Positions 29,460 to 42,146 of a stretch of 64,000 nucleotides of DNA are shown one piece after another; position 1 is the stretch's first letter; every line of letters begins with the position of its first letter. The DNA comes from Chrysomallon squamiferum (lineage: Eukaryota > Animalia > Mollusca): assembly GCA_012295275.1 (NCBI GenBank), contig CM022679.1:744001-808000 (forward strand), read 5' to 3'. The notes below the pieces were generated by a model. That model had not been told where the DNA came from. It worked only from the letters and a program-made list of their open reading frames with translations, and did no database searches. A program made the translations under genes and the position numbers.

Positions 29460-32164
29460 AAAGTATTAAAAAAAAGGTGAGAAAAAATCTTAATCTGTAA
29501 AGAAAATAAATCTGCGCTAAGTAGTGTGAGGACGTTTGGAATATTTCGCTGGTTTCTAACACGCCTGTTGGCATCAATTCAATACACACGATAGTTAGAT
29601 TAGTGTCTAAGACAAGGTAGACTGTTCTAGATGCCTGTTTAAACGATACGTCGGAGGAACAGTGTGTCGGCGGATCAGTTCCTGTCAGTTCTTCTTTTGA
29701 ATTAATTCCCGTTTTAGCCAATGCACAATAGGCGTATTTCAACTGTTAAATCTTCTATAGATAAATACATTAGTAATTATACAATTTAGTTGGGTTTTTT
29801 TTTCTGCTACAGGTTTATTATGTATTAGTAGCGTCTTTATATATCTATGTCGTGCCCTGCATTGGCATCGCTATATATCACAGTATATATTTGCCCCATT
29901 TTTTATTTTGTTACAGTTTCATTTGGGTAGACTAAAGTCAAAGATATAGAATGGGATGTCGCATTAAGGCCTGTTATTGATTACATAGGGTACAGTATTT
30001 GATATTAAATGTTATTTATTTTATTATTATTATTCCCCTCCCCCCCCCCCGTTAAATCAGGGAACGCACAGTGGAGAACAGATAAAAAGTAGTTAATTAT
30101 ATAACTGTACAAAAAATAAATATTATTTTTACCTGAAATATTGTACGGATGTATACAAATATTTATTTATTACTGGTATATGAACAGTATCTGAAATGTG
30201 GAGGTGTGTAAAAAATTAATGCATACTTTCAAGCTTTATTAAAGAAAACTTAATTACTTCTCCGGACAATAAAAGCTGAAAACTGAAGCAGCTTCGCTTT
30301 CCACGCTTCGTATGCACATCAGTAGATAACACCGCACTCACAGAGTGCCCTAAATCCGTTAATAGAGAAAACAGCAACGTCTGTGTCTGAAAATATCTTC
30401 ACCTCCTCACCTGTTTATACAAACGTATTGTCTCTTATCTTTTTTGTTCTTTTTTTTTCTCCTCTGTCTGTAATTTCGTTTACAGATACGTAAAATATAA
30501 CACGCATAAACTAAATAATAATAACAAAAGCAGGAGAATGGCTAAGAAAACAGTACTGCTTTGTAAGATTTTCTTTTGATTTTTAATTAATTAAAAAAAA
30601 AAAATGGTTCGCAGTGTGGAAGAATTAAATTTGGATGAGTATTAATGTTAATCGCATCCTCATTATTAATTAAATCAAATGGAAATAGAATTAAGGATTT
30701 TAAAAAGTTACATAATTATAAATTGAAACATCTATTTCTAATGCACAAATGTTGTGATGTCATTTGTTTTTGTGCACGCTTACAGGTAACTGGTCATCCA
30801 GTCATTTACTCCCTCGATGCGATAATTCTGCGGAACAAATATTGAGAAAAGTGTACGATATTGACAGTCTCCATTTTGTTTTCATTTTCTGCTTAATATG
30901 TTTAATCAGTGATTATAATATAAATAGGTAAATTTTGCATATTTTCTTCATACATGTATTTCGCTATTATCTAAATAACCTTTTGCATTGAAGCAACTGG
31001 AATTTGCAATGGTATATTTAACGTTATATTTCTCGTAGCTGCAGCCGATTACTTGCGTAGAGCTTGAAATGTTTATTTATGTCAATATGTGAGTTGCGTT
31101 AATCAAGCTTTAACGTTAACCTGATTCTAAAAATTATTGAATGTAAAAGTGAACATGGGTGCATTTACGTTTTATTTCAGATATGCTCTGCAGTTAGTTA
31201 TTTCCAAGTTTAACTCACTGATGTAATGAACTTGTGCATGGCCTGGTTATATTAGAAACGATTAAGCCCCTCCCACTTGCTACTTCAGTCAAAAACCAAA
31301 ACAGGATTAAACGATAGTAATGTCTGTAAACATGTAATTCTGTAGTTTGCCAAGACTGCATTATCAGTATATATTTAATAAGATGTGCCAAAATTGTCTA
31401 CAATGTTAAATTATTGCCAATTTAAAAAAAATAAATAAAAATTATTATTATTACTGCAAAAAAAAAAAAAAAAAAAACCCGAGAGATCGTGTCTTGATTT
31501 TAACTTTAAAACAACGTTATGGTAAGAATATATTATTAAATAAAATTACTTAATTATAACAAATGCATATAGAAATAAAAATAATAATAAATTGAATTAA
31601 ATCAAAACTCGATAATCATATAGCGCTTGTGAATATTGTGACTTTTCGAGATTTAAAAGTAATAATAAATAAATATAAAATTTTAGAGAGACAGCATTTT
31701 TGCCTAATACAAGCAATTTTATATTAAATTTATTATATAACATGCAGAAAGTTGCTCAAAGTCAGGAGTATAATCAACAGTGTCATGGTTATCAAATGGT
31801 TTATAATTCATTATTAGTGTCTTTATTACCTGTCAAAAGTGTGCTTTCTATACTTCATTTGCAGTTGCATTTTATAATTATTTGCAGGTTTTTTCTTTTG
31901 TTAAGTGCCATGTTGTTATTTATGTATATAATGTTTTATTTTAAATATATATATATATATATCATTTTAAATAACTCATTTGTACAAGATCTTTCATTTT
32001 CACAAGCACTGCACATTTGCCTGTTTTTGATGTTTTCCATAACACTTGTATTAATGGCAGTGGTCTGGGCTTTACTACATGTCAATAAAAGATCCATTAC
32101 TGAAGGTGTATCCCATGGTGTGACAGCAGTATCTGTCCACTTACTGGTCATTCATGTCCATAAA

Positions 32165-32540
32165 TACATTTATATAAAATATATATCATTAAACTAACTT
32201 ACACTAAATAAATATAAAAGTATATCATTAAACTAACTTACACTAAATAAATATAAAAGTATATCATTAAACTAACTTACACTAAATAAATATAAAAATA
32301 TGACATTAAACTAACTTACACTAAATAAATAAAAAATGTCATTACCTACACTAAAAATATATAACAATATATCATTAAACTTACACTAAATAAATATATA
32401 ATTATATTGTTATACTAACTTATATGAAATAAATATAAAAATATGTCATTAAAGTAATTTAAACTAAATAAATTAAAAAATATATCATTAAACTTACTTA
32501 CACTAAATAATTATAAAACTGTGTCATTAAAGTAACTTAC
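32165..32540. repeat. 39-bp AT-rich minisatellite, ~9-10 units
   Basis: TCATTAAACTAACTTACACTAAATAAATATAAAAG occurs at 32186, 32225 and 32264 and continues in degenerating form. Confidence 0.92.
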
Positions 32541-32790
32541 ATTTACCAACAGTTTTAAATTAAATTATTTTATTTGTGGTTTCAGAGACATAACCCATAT
32601 ATATATCAGTAACAGTTCTTAAAATTATATTTAGATTACTATTAGGTTATTTAAGTTGAATATGCAACTAAGTAAAAAAATGTAATTTTGTTATTACAAA
32701 ATACCCTGTTTTAAAACACCATATTATGATCAAGAAACCAATACAATAATAATACACTAGTTATTGAATTCTTTACATGCAACTACTTTA

Positions 32791-33117
32791 CATTTTCATA
32801 TGTATTACAAGCATTAACATGACACACTCATATACAGGCACATACAAATTATATAAACATGCAAAGCACTTTGTAATGTACTTGTTAGAATGATAATGTG
32901 GCATGTGGTAGGGCCCAGGATCAATTCGTCTTTGTGTGCATGTTGGCTTATTTTTTATCCACCTGATTATCCACAAAGACGAATTGATCCTGGGCCCTAC
33001 CACATGCCACATTATCATTCTAACAAGTACATTACAAAGTGCTTTGCATGTTTATATAATTTGTATGTGCCTGTATATGAGTGTGTCATGTTAGTGCTTG
33101 TAATACATATGAAAATG
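32791..33117. repeat. Long inverted repeat (146-bp arms, 35-bp spacer); foldback/MITE-like
   Basis: 32791-32936 is the reverse complement of 32972-33117 with one mismatch seen (AGCATTAAC vs GTTAGTGCT). This explains the twin ORFs 32788- and 32890+. Confidence 0.95.
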
Positions 33118-33499
33118 CATGTATTGTAAAAAAAAATCCCTTTCTGCTTTTTGAAAAAAGAGAAGACCATGCAGTGATCAGCAGCAGAATTATTTTCTCA
33201 TATCATCATTAAAACCAGTAACATATGTTGATAGATAATAAACATTCATAGCATCTATATAGATATAAAGATTAATACACATACATATGCTACAATGTAG
33301 TGATGATAATATCAATAGTACAGTTATTATTTTGATTCTTAGACACAATGACTGGGATCTGAACAAAACTGACAAGTATTTGTAAGTTTGTCCCAGTATT
33401 TAATAGTAATTGTTTTTGCAGTATTTCAGTGTGACTTGAGTGTTAAAATACTGGGTTTTGTTAAATTTGTGTTACAGAGGTGAAAGTGGAAACTCAACA

Positions 33500-36400
33500 A
33501 TGCCGGCAATCAAACTGAAGAAAGCTGCTGCAGAACATCAGGCAGAGAAGGAGGAACGAGAGAAGGAAGAAAAGACAAAGACACCTACGAAGTCACTGAC
33601 TGCGGGACTAAGTGACAACATCATCTTTGAGAAGCGAAAACGCACCATACCACCATCAGAAAAAAAACTAAGTGAATGGTAAATATACATTTTTCAAAAC
33701 TTAAATATTACTGCTTTTGCCTGGTCTACAAGACATAACCTTCTGGAAAATTCTCTCATGAACTGTTAAAAAGCAAAAACATATAAAAGCCATTAAAATC
33801 AGCCTGGAAGTTATTTAATTGGTTTTTCAAACTGGAAAAAAAAAAATATATATTTTGTTGAAAAATAAAGTAGTAGAGAAAAGAACAAAACACACTGGTA
33901 AAATGAATGACAGCCATACAAAAACTTTAACTAAGAATCAGTGATTCAGAAGTTGGTTTGATTTGATGATGACAAATCATAATAACAGCCTAGATCTCTT
34001 TGTGTATCAATATAATGTGTATGTGAAAACGGATACTGTTAGTCAACTTTAAGTATTCCAAAAAAAAATAATGGTGTTCGTCTTTTTTTTTTTTCTTTTA
34101 TGACTGATCAGAATTTGCTGATACACATTCATTATTATTATTATTATTCAGGATGGATGAAAATCTACAGAAGAAGGAGGGGGTGAAAGTTTCCTTGCCC
34201 AATCTGTTTGATTATTACACAGAGGCGTGTCATCTTGATGGTTGTAATGTCGTAGACCCCTCAGTATTCAGAGCTGTAAGTTTCTTTATTTTCACCTGTT
34301 TGTAAGTGTAGTCAGTGATCTTAGAACCTCATCTCAGTGTTCAGAGCTGTAAGTTTATTAATTTTCACTTGTTTGTAAGTGTAGTCAGTGATTTAGAACC
34401 TCATCTCAGTGTTCAGAATTGTAAGTTTATTAATTTTAACTTGCTTGTAAGTGTAGTCAGTGATTTAGAACCTCATCTCAGTGTTCAGAGCTGTAAGTTT
34501 ATTAATTTTCACTTGCTTGTAAGTGTAGTCAGTGATTTAGAACCTCATCTCAGTGTTGTAACAACTTGACTACTTAAATTTAACACCCAGCTCCTGTGCT
34601 GTTACTAATGATTGATGCAGTGAAACATGTTAGTACATAAATGATTATGTGTATTACTAAATGTTAAATTAAAGTTTATAAATAAAATAAATTACTGATA
34701 AAACGGTCATGGCTGTGTTCTTGTCTGTTTTATGTTGATCAACATTGGACAAAAACTGCTATGAATTTAAATCCTGGAGGTTGTTTAATATTAAAATGTT
34801 GAGTGTTATTGAAACACATAATATTTATTTCTCTTTTTCTTATCTTTTTTATCATTTATCACATAATTCAAGAAAGAATTATTAGTTTTGAGCCACTTTT
34901 TTTTTTTGGAGCTGTGAAATACATATTTTGTTTTTCAGAGGATTCTAGACAAATTTGGGAAGGAGTTTGGGTTTCAGGAGACATCTGCATACAAAGGTTT
35001 GATAAAGGAGCTGAAAGCAGTTAAAAAACAGAGCGTGAAGGCAGACTCCCTGCGACTGAAAATGAAAGACATCATCGAAGAGGCGATAAACAAACATGGA
35101 AATCCTGTATCCTTTTTAGAAACTGTCTTCAGTTTGTGTGCAACGGGTGTTCAAACTTAGAACATATTTAACAGCAGATAAACATCTAGTTACTTGTACA
35201 TGTTTGTAAAGAAATCTAAACAAAAGATGTATCATGCATTTAAGTGAAAAGAACATGTACAGAAGGTAGGCAGATGTCTGCACAGATAGATAAATGTTAT
35301 ATTCTTTTTGCTTATGGATGAACAGATAATTAGAAAGGTTACTAGATAAGTGTGTGTCGGTGTATGTATACATATTTATGTATATGTGTGTATGTATGTA
35401 TGTACATATGTATATAAATTTATGGTTTTCTTGTACATATGTATGTAAATATATAATGATTTGACAAAGTACAGACAGGTAAAGGTGAGGTTTTCTTAAC
35501 GAGTGCTCAGAAGAAAGGGTTGTGGTTTAACACAATTAAACACTACATCGCGGCTCACTACCCCGCACTGCGCGTCGACCTCAGACCAGGCGTGCTCAAA
35601 GCAGCACTGCAGCGAGGCATCCGCTTCGGCCACATCGTCCAGGTTTTCATTTAAAACAAATACTTTTGTTTTTATTTATTTATTTATTTATTTTTTATTT
35701 ATTTATTTATTGTCACTGTTTCAGACTCCCAATATATCACTTTTATCATAAGGTATATGAAAATATCTAGTATTAAATATTGTAATTCTGTAACAACAAA
35801 TCTTTGTAATTATAAACAGTCTTTTTATAATACAATACACATATTATTAACTATGCATTGATGAATATTTTTAATGTAATATACACATCACAGAAATTGA
35901 GATAGATGTTTTCATAATGTGATATAAAATAATAACTGCATGTTTATAGTTGAAGGGAGTTGGTGAATGTGATTATTATAAATTACCTTGTTAATCATGT
36001 GTAATATTTTGACAGGTGAAAGGAATTGGTAAATGTGGTTACTATCGACTACCAGCTGATGAAGAACCAGATGAGGAAGGAGAAACTGATGCAAAAACTG
36101 ATGACGAAGTAAGAAATTGTGATTTAAATGTTTTCAGATTTAATCAGAACTCATCATTGTAAGCTTACCTTGAACTTACTTAGTCTGGACAGGGTTCCTA
36201 TAAATGTGGTATAAAAAAAAAAAAAAAAAAAAACAGTATATAAAAAAAGAAAATATTTAGTCAGATACTTCCATGCATAATTATGTTTATGTATTTTAAG
36301 TGTTCAGTGTATCAGATGTGAAAGTGTTACAGGAGATCACTGCTACAACTCTGATACGATTTCCGTAGTCAGTTACAAAGAAGGATCTGTTATTTTCCCA

Positions 36401-36795
36401 TAGACAGACATTCAAAAACAATATTCATGTCTTACTATCTGAAAATAAAACTTGTTTCTAGGATGGTAAAGAAAATGGCAAAAACGAAGAAGCTGAGAAA
36501 AAGACAGTCAGAACCCCAGACAAAAGAAAGAAATCTGAGGCAGAGGATGATGGAAAGAAGGAAGAAGGAGATACAAAGGATGAAAGCACTGAAGCAGAAG
36601 AAAGTGAAGAAAAACCAAAGAAGAAAAGAAGGAAACATGTTAAACGTATGAAGTTTTATTATTATTATAAATTATTATTATTATTATTATTTCTATAAGT
36701 GTTGTTTCTATAAGTATCAAAATCATCATCTTTGTTATTACTATTAACATTATCATTATCACTGATGCAACTACTTTTATTTTAACTATTATTTC

Positions 36796-36846
<51 letters not shown>

Positions 36847-38757
36847 TACTATTATTATTACTATTACTAGTATTACTATTATTATTAGTAGTAGTAATAG
36901 TATTACTTTTATTATTATTAATAACTATTATTATTACTGTTATTAATATTATTAATTACTATTATTAGTAGTAGTAGTATTACTATAATTATTAGTTGTT
37001 GTTGTTTTTGTTATTGTTACTGTTACTGTTACTGTTGTTGTTATTGTTATTGTTGTTTGTTATTGTTATTGTTATTGTTGTTGTTACTGTTTGTTGTTGT
37101 TACTGTTACTGTTAGTGTTAGTGTTACTGTTGTTACTGTTGTTACTGTTATTGTTCCTGTTACTGACACAGAGAAGGTGAAGGACCTGCAGGACATACAA
37201 CACGATGATCCGAAGTGTGTGGATGACGTGTTTCCGCTGGCTCTCACGTACATGAATGACCGAAGGAGGCGTCTGTGGTGAAGATAAAGAAGTACATAGA
37301 CAAGTACTACGGGGACGTCAGTCTGGACAGGTCAGCTTCTCTCTGTAGTGTTCACTTCTTCTTCAGCACATCTCACAAAATACAGTTTAACTTGATCTTT
37401 TCAAATAACATTGTAATTAACAAATTACAGAATCCTTCACAGACAAACATTTTTATTGTTTTATCAAAGATTCTTCAGTGTAAATTAATTTTTAAAAATT
37501 CAGTCTAATAAAATAATTATAAAAAATTGTGGATTATTTTTAACAGTGTTTATTAATTTCTCTCAAAAGAAATTAATCTCTAAATCAAAGGGAAACTTGA
37601 AAAATGCTTTTAAGATTAGTAGGTATTTGTTTTAAAATTTTATTTTTATGCTCAGGCTGAGGTCTGCACTGGAACACGGGGTGGAGAAAGGTTTGTTTGA
37701 AAAGGTGTCAGGGAAGACTGGAGTGTTAGGCTCCTACAGGCTCATAGCCGACGAGTTTAATCCTAAAGAAAGTGAGTTTTTATTTCTTTGTCTATAAGTA
37801 TGCGTCTACCATTATTTTTATGTGCAACTATATGCACATACATGTAAACTGTTTTGCACTGCAATTGTGAATCAAAAGATTTGTTCAGTGACTTTAATTT
37901 TCTTTTATTATTATTATTAATTGGTATGCCTTCATAATTTTTTTTTCTTTTTTTTTTTTTTAACTTTCATACAGTCAGTCATATTATTTGTAAGATAATT
38001 ATTTAGTGCGTGTTATAAATAATATTGACAGCTAAAAGTCTGGATGACATTATCTGCTGTGCTATCATTGCTGGAGCTGAACCAAAGCAGTCGTCAGCGG
38101 TGCTGTTGAAGAAGTACGTCTCCGAGTACCACGACAACTTCAACATTGAAAACAGACCCCACGTCTTCAAACACGCCCTGGAGCGCGCCTGCAGGAACGG
38201 CCTCATCACGTGCGTGTGTTTATTTTACTCAGTGTTTGTTTTCTGCTTTCACTATCAACTTTATTAATATTGTAATCTAATACTTACTTTGTATATAAGC
38301 ATTTTCAGAATGGTGGATAATAAATAAATGTAATGATTTGTTTTTGTGAATTACAACTTTCAGATATAATTTTACCTGTGGCTAGCTTTGTATTTGGTTT
38401 CTGGTTTCATTATCAGTTATTTAATATTATTTTAATTAGCTTGCTTGGACAAAATAATGAACTTCACAATAACCATTTTCAGAATTACGGATTAGCAAAA
38501 AACATAATTAATTTTTCTGAGCATTAATGATGACATTTATTTTTCTTATTATGTTTTATTTTTATGTTTTCATTATTAAATTATTAAACTATTTATTAAT
38601 TTTTTTCTTTTCTATTAATACTGAAACCCGAGAATCATAATTGAAAATATGTAACAGAACAGAAAATATATTCGAAGATATAAATGATAAAAAACTACCA
38701 CTCAAAAGTATTGTTGTTGTTGTTAGTGTTATTGTCAGTACTATTGTTGTTCTTTAC

Positions 38758-38788
<31 letters not shown>

Positions 38789-39254
38789 TTTTTTATTGAT
38801 TTTTATTATTTATTTATTTATTTATATTTTTATTTATTTATTTATTTATATTTATTTATTTATATTTTTATTTATTTATTTATTTATGTATTTATGTATG
38901 TGTTTACGTATTTATATATGTATTTATTTATTTCAAAGTCAGCTATCTGGGATTGGTGCGTCGGGCAGTTTTAAACTGAACTACGTGTTCACGCCGTCAC
39001 CGCTGATTCTTGCTGGGGAGCATGACGACGAGGAGGAGGAGGGTGAGTATGACCCGCAGACTGTGGAGAAGTACGTGCCTCGCGGAACCAAGTCGAGAAC
39101 TTCACACAGACAGAGAGAGACGCACCAGTACGCAGACTTCACAATCTTTGAACCCCCGAAACAAAAACGAAAACCTCCAACTGACAGAAGCAAGGCAAAA
39201 CCTGCAGAAAAACAGCATAAAAAGAAGAAGACAGAAAAGAAAAAGCTTCGATAA
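33500..39254 (+). CDS. HP1BP3: HP1BP3-like chromatin protein: N-terminal RFX-like winged helix + three H15 (linker-histone globular) domains + basic tail; ~549 aa if a 1-nt deletion at 37260-37261 is corrected
   Basis: Exons are 33500-33678, 34152-34275, 34939-35106, 35511-35642, 36016-36108, 36462-36645, 37172-37330, 37656-37771, 38032-38209 and 38939-39254; all are GT-AG with matching phases. H15 repeats: MKDIIEEAINK..IKHYIAAHYP..LKAALQRG..VKGIGKCGYYRL; DDVFPLALTYMND[P]KEASVVKIKKYIDKYY..LRSALEHGVEKG; DDIICCAIIAGAEPKQSSAVLLKKYV..FKHALERAC..QLSGIGASGSFKL. These match recalled HP1BP3 motifs (VLPLAFT..EPKEAS, G.GASGSF). Confidence 0.88.
34260..34557 (+). repeat. 72-bp tandem repeat (~4 units) copying the 3' end of HP1BP3 coding exon 2 and its splice donor
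   Basis: CTCAGT(A/G)TTCAGA(GC/AT)T|GTAAGTTT has its GT at 34276, 34349, 34421 and 34493. Confidence 0.93.
35107..35510 (+). other. U12-type (minor spliceosome) GT-AG intron
   Basis: The 5' end is GTATCCTTT and the branch site TTTTCTTAAC lies at 35491-35500. AG follows 10 nt later with no polypyrimidine tract. Splicing joins GNP|KKG in frame inside H15 domain 1. Confidence 0.88.
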
Positions 39255-39607
39255 TTTTTCATTTGTCATTGACATTGTGGTCAGTACAGCAGCTATGTTG
39301 GGGCATTGCTTTTTTTTCATTAGGAAGTGGAGATGTATCCATTCTTTCTTTTTTTTTTTAACATAAATTTACTCAGTTTTTGATCCATAGCCATAGACTT
39401 AGTGGTAAACTGATTCATTCAAATCAGAACTAACAGTCATAGTGTTAATTCATTCAGTCAATTCTGCCAGTGTGTTTGTATAATAATAATAACAACAATA
39501 ATAACAATAATGATAATATAATATAATAATAATAATAATAATAATATGATGATGATGATGATGATGACAATAACGATGATTATTATTATTATTATTATTA
39601 TTACAAC

Positions 39608-39657
<50 letters not shown>

Positions 39658-40750
39658 CTCCAATTGTTTTTATGTTGTTATTTTCTTTCTTTATTTATTT
39701 ATTTGTTTTGGCTTGGTGGGGTTAAAGCTTAAATATTAAATATATTAATATTAAGAGATTTTTAAAGGAACATCCACCATAATGCAGGTGAAATACACAC
39801 ATTTATTGTTACATTTGTTTCTTATGAATGTAAAAAAAACCTGTATTTCTCTAAACTGAGACAGACGTGTGACATAGAGAATTACACAGAAGTAATTATA
39901 ACTGTTTTGATATCATTTATCTTCTCTTCAGAAGTGCCTGTAAAACTGGCAATATTTAATGGCACCTTGAGTTGTGTGCGTGTTACTGGAGAACATCCAT
40001 GAAGTATATATTCACAGAGTCTGCAGTGTTCTGTTTTATTATACAGTAACTTGAAAATAAATTATTTAAACTATTAATATAAAAAAATATATATATTTTC
40101 TAAAATAAAAACCATCTCACCATAACTACATTTTCTACATCATTATTCTGTTCTCATTTTTGGTAGGGTTTTTTTCAAGTTTGAACATGAACTGATCAGT
40201 AAATGAGATAGAACTTCAGAAACAATTAGAAATTCTGAAACTACACAAGTTAAAAACATCACTGTAAACAGATTTCACTTTTTACTGGGATTTTTGCTGT
40301 ACTTTTTATTTTTTTATTTCATCAACACTAACTGTATACCAAAGCGAAACTAACCCTCACCACTGCATCTGGGTATATATACTAAATGGATGCTCACTTT
40401 TTCACATATTGTTTAAAGATTTCATGAAAAAGATAAAACTTTCACGTTTACACAGTGTGTCAACACTCTAATACATTGTTGTTTGTGATGTTGTTTGGTG
40501 TTGTGAAATTGTTTACTCTTGTATATTGTAACAACTGCTGTTTCATGTTGCCTCTCATAACCAGTTTGTTTTTGTTGTTTCACATTTTACATTTGTTCAG
40601 TGTATTATAATTGTTTTTCAGAAGAAAAAATACAAAAGTAACTTGTATTTGTTATTAATGTATTTTTTGATAACTTTTTTAAAATACAAACAGAATAATA
40701 CTTATTGTTATTTTATTTAATTTTTTTAATTATTTTTATTTATTTTCTAT

Positions 40751-40791
<41 letters not shown>

Positions 40792-41286
40792 TTTGTCAGG
40801 ATCAAAAATTACTTTTTAAAAATAAATGAAATATATTAGGATTAAGTTTAATTTTTACTATAAAGATTAATTTTTATCACACTGTTTAAAAAAATTTGTT
40901 TATATTTTTTAATAAGTTCTTGACAACTGACGTGTTTTTGAAAGCACAAGTTTTATCTGTGCATGTTTACTTATTTTGTTCATTTTAAAAAAGAATTATA
41001 AATATTTTTTCTTTGTTTTTATCATCATACATAAAATCAAAATTTGTTTTTTATTGTTCTGGTTGGACATCGCATCTAATAGTTTTACATATATTTGTTA
41101 ACTTCTAACTTGAGAATAACATTTATCACAGCATTCTATATGTACACACACATATATTGTAGATTATTAATGAGATGACAAGGTCTGGTAGGGCTGTCAG
41201 CCTGGAATTGTAAAACAGATTTTAAAAACACTGACAGGAAGCTGCCACACTTTGTTCAAATGTTTGGCTGATATTTTGAGAAGAGA

Positions 41287-41583
41287 CAGTTTTACATATT
41301 GTTTATGTAGTATATAATAATCACACCATTTATCATGTTATCAGTTTTACCTATTGTTTATGTAGCATGTAATAATCACACCATTTATCATGTTATCAGT
41401 TTTACATATTGTTTATGTAGTATGTAATAATCACATTGATCATGTTATCAGTTTTACATATTGTTTATGTAGTATGTAATAATCACATTGATCATGTTAT
41501 CAGTTTTACATATTGTTTATGTAGTATGTAATAATCACACCATTTATCATGTTATCAGTTTTACCTATTGTTTATGTAGCATG
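41287..41583. repeat. 52/55-bp minisatellite, ~5.5 units
   Basis: CAGTTTTAC starts at 41287, 41342, 41397, 41449, 41501 and 41556. Confidence 0.95.
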
Positions 41584-42101
41584 CTTCCATTTTTTGATTA
41601 CTTGTTGAATGTTACATTTATGATTATTATTATTATTATTATTATTATTATTTATTTATTTTTTTTTTTTTTTTTTTTTTTTTTTGGAATAAGGTAGGTT
41701 GCTTTGTTGCCTACTTCATATTGGAATTTTTCTTTTTACATCACTGCCATTTTATTTCTAAAATACTTCTAGATCTCTCCTTTTTTAATATTTCTTTCTT
41801 TTTGTATCACGTAAGAATTAATTCTGAATGGTTTTTCCTCTGTTTTAATCATGGTACATCAAATTGTGAATATAACCGATATAAAATAGGATAATGTTTC
41901 AAAATGTGATTTCATCTCAGTTTAAATTGCTTGTTTAATGCAGTCCACAGTGAACACTTACTGAAACACTGCCACTCCAGAGCTGCTACAAACCATTGTA
42001 AGCTGCCATTCAGAAATGGATATTTATTTTGGTTTCCTGACATTTCATGTTTTTGACATTTTTGCTTTAACTGCAACAATGTTTTTTTTTTTTTTTTTTT
42101 A

Positions 42102-42146
<45 letters not shown>

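Noticed and set aside
32788-33129. Twin near-identical ORFs on opposite strands
   Set aside because: They are a by-product of the inverted repeat, with no coding signal.
34315-34569. 84-aa ORF with a 24-aa repeat (and the similar 48025-48399 ORF)
   Set aside because: Both are translations of intronic tandem repeats and are not in frame or strand with the host exons.
36309-36420. Small intronic hairpin GTATCAGA...TCTGATAC as a possible snoRNA or miRNA
   Set aside because: The stem is short and interrupted, and the H/ACA or C/D boxes are not convincingly placed.
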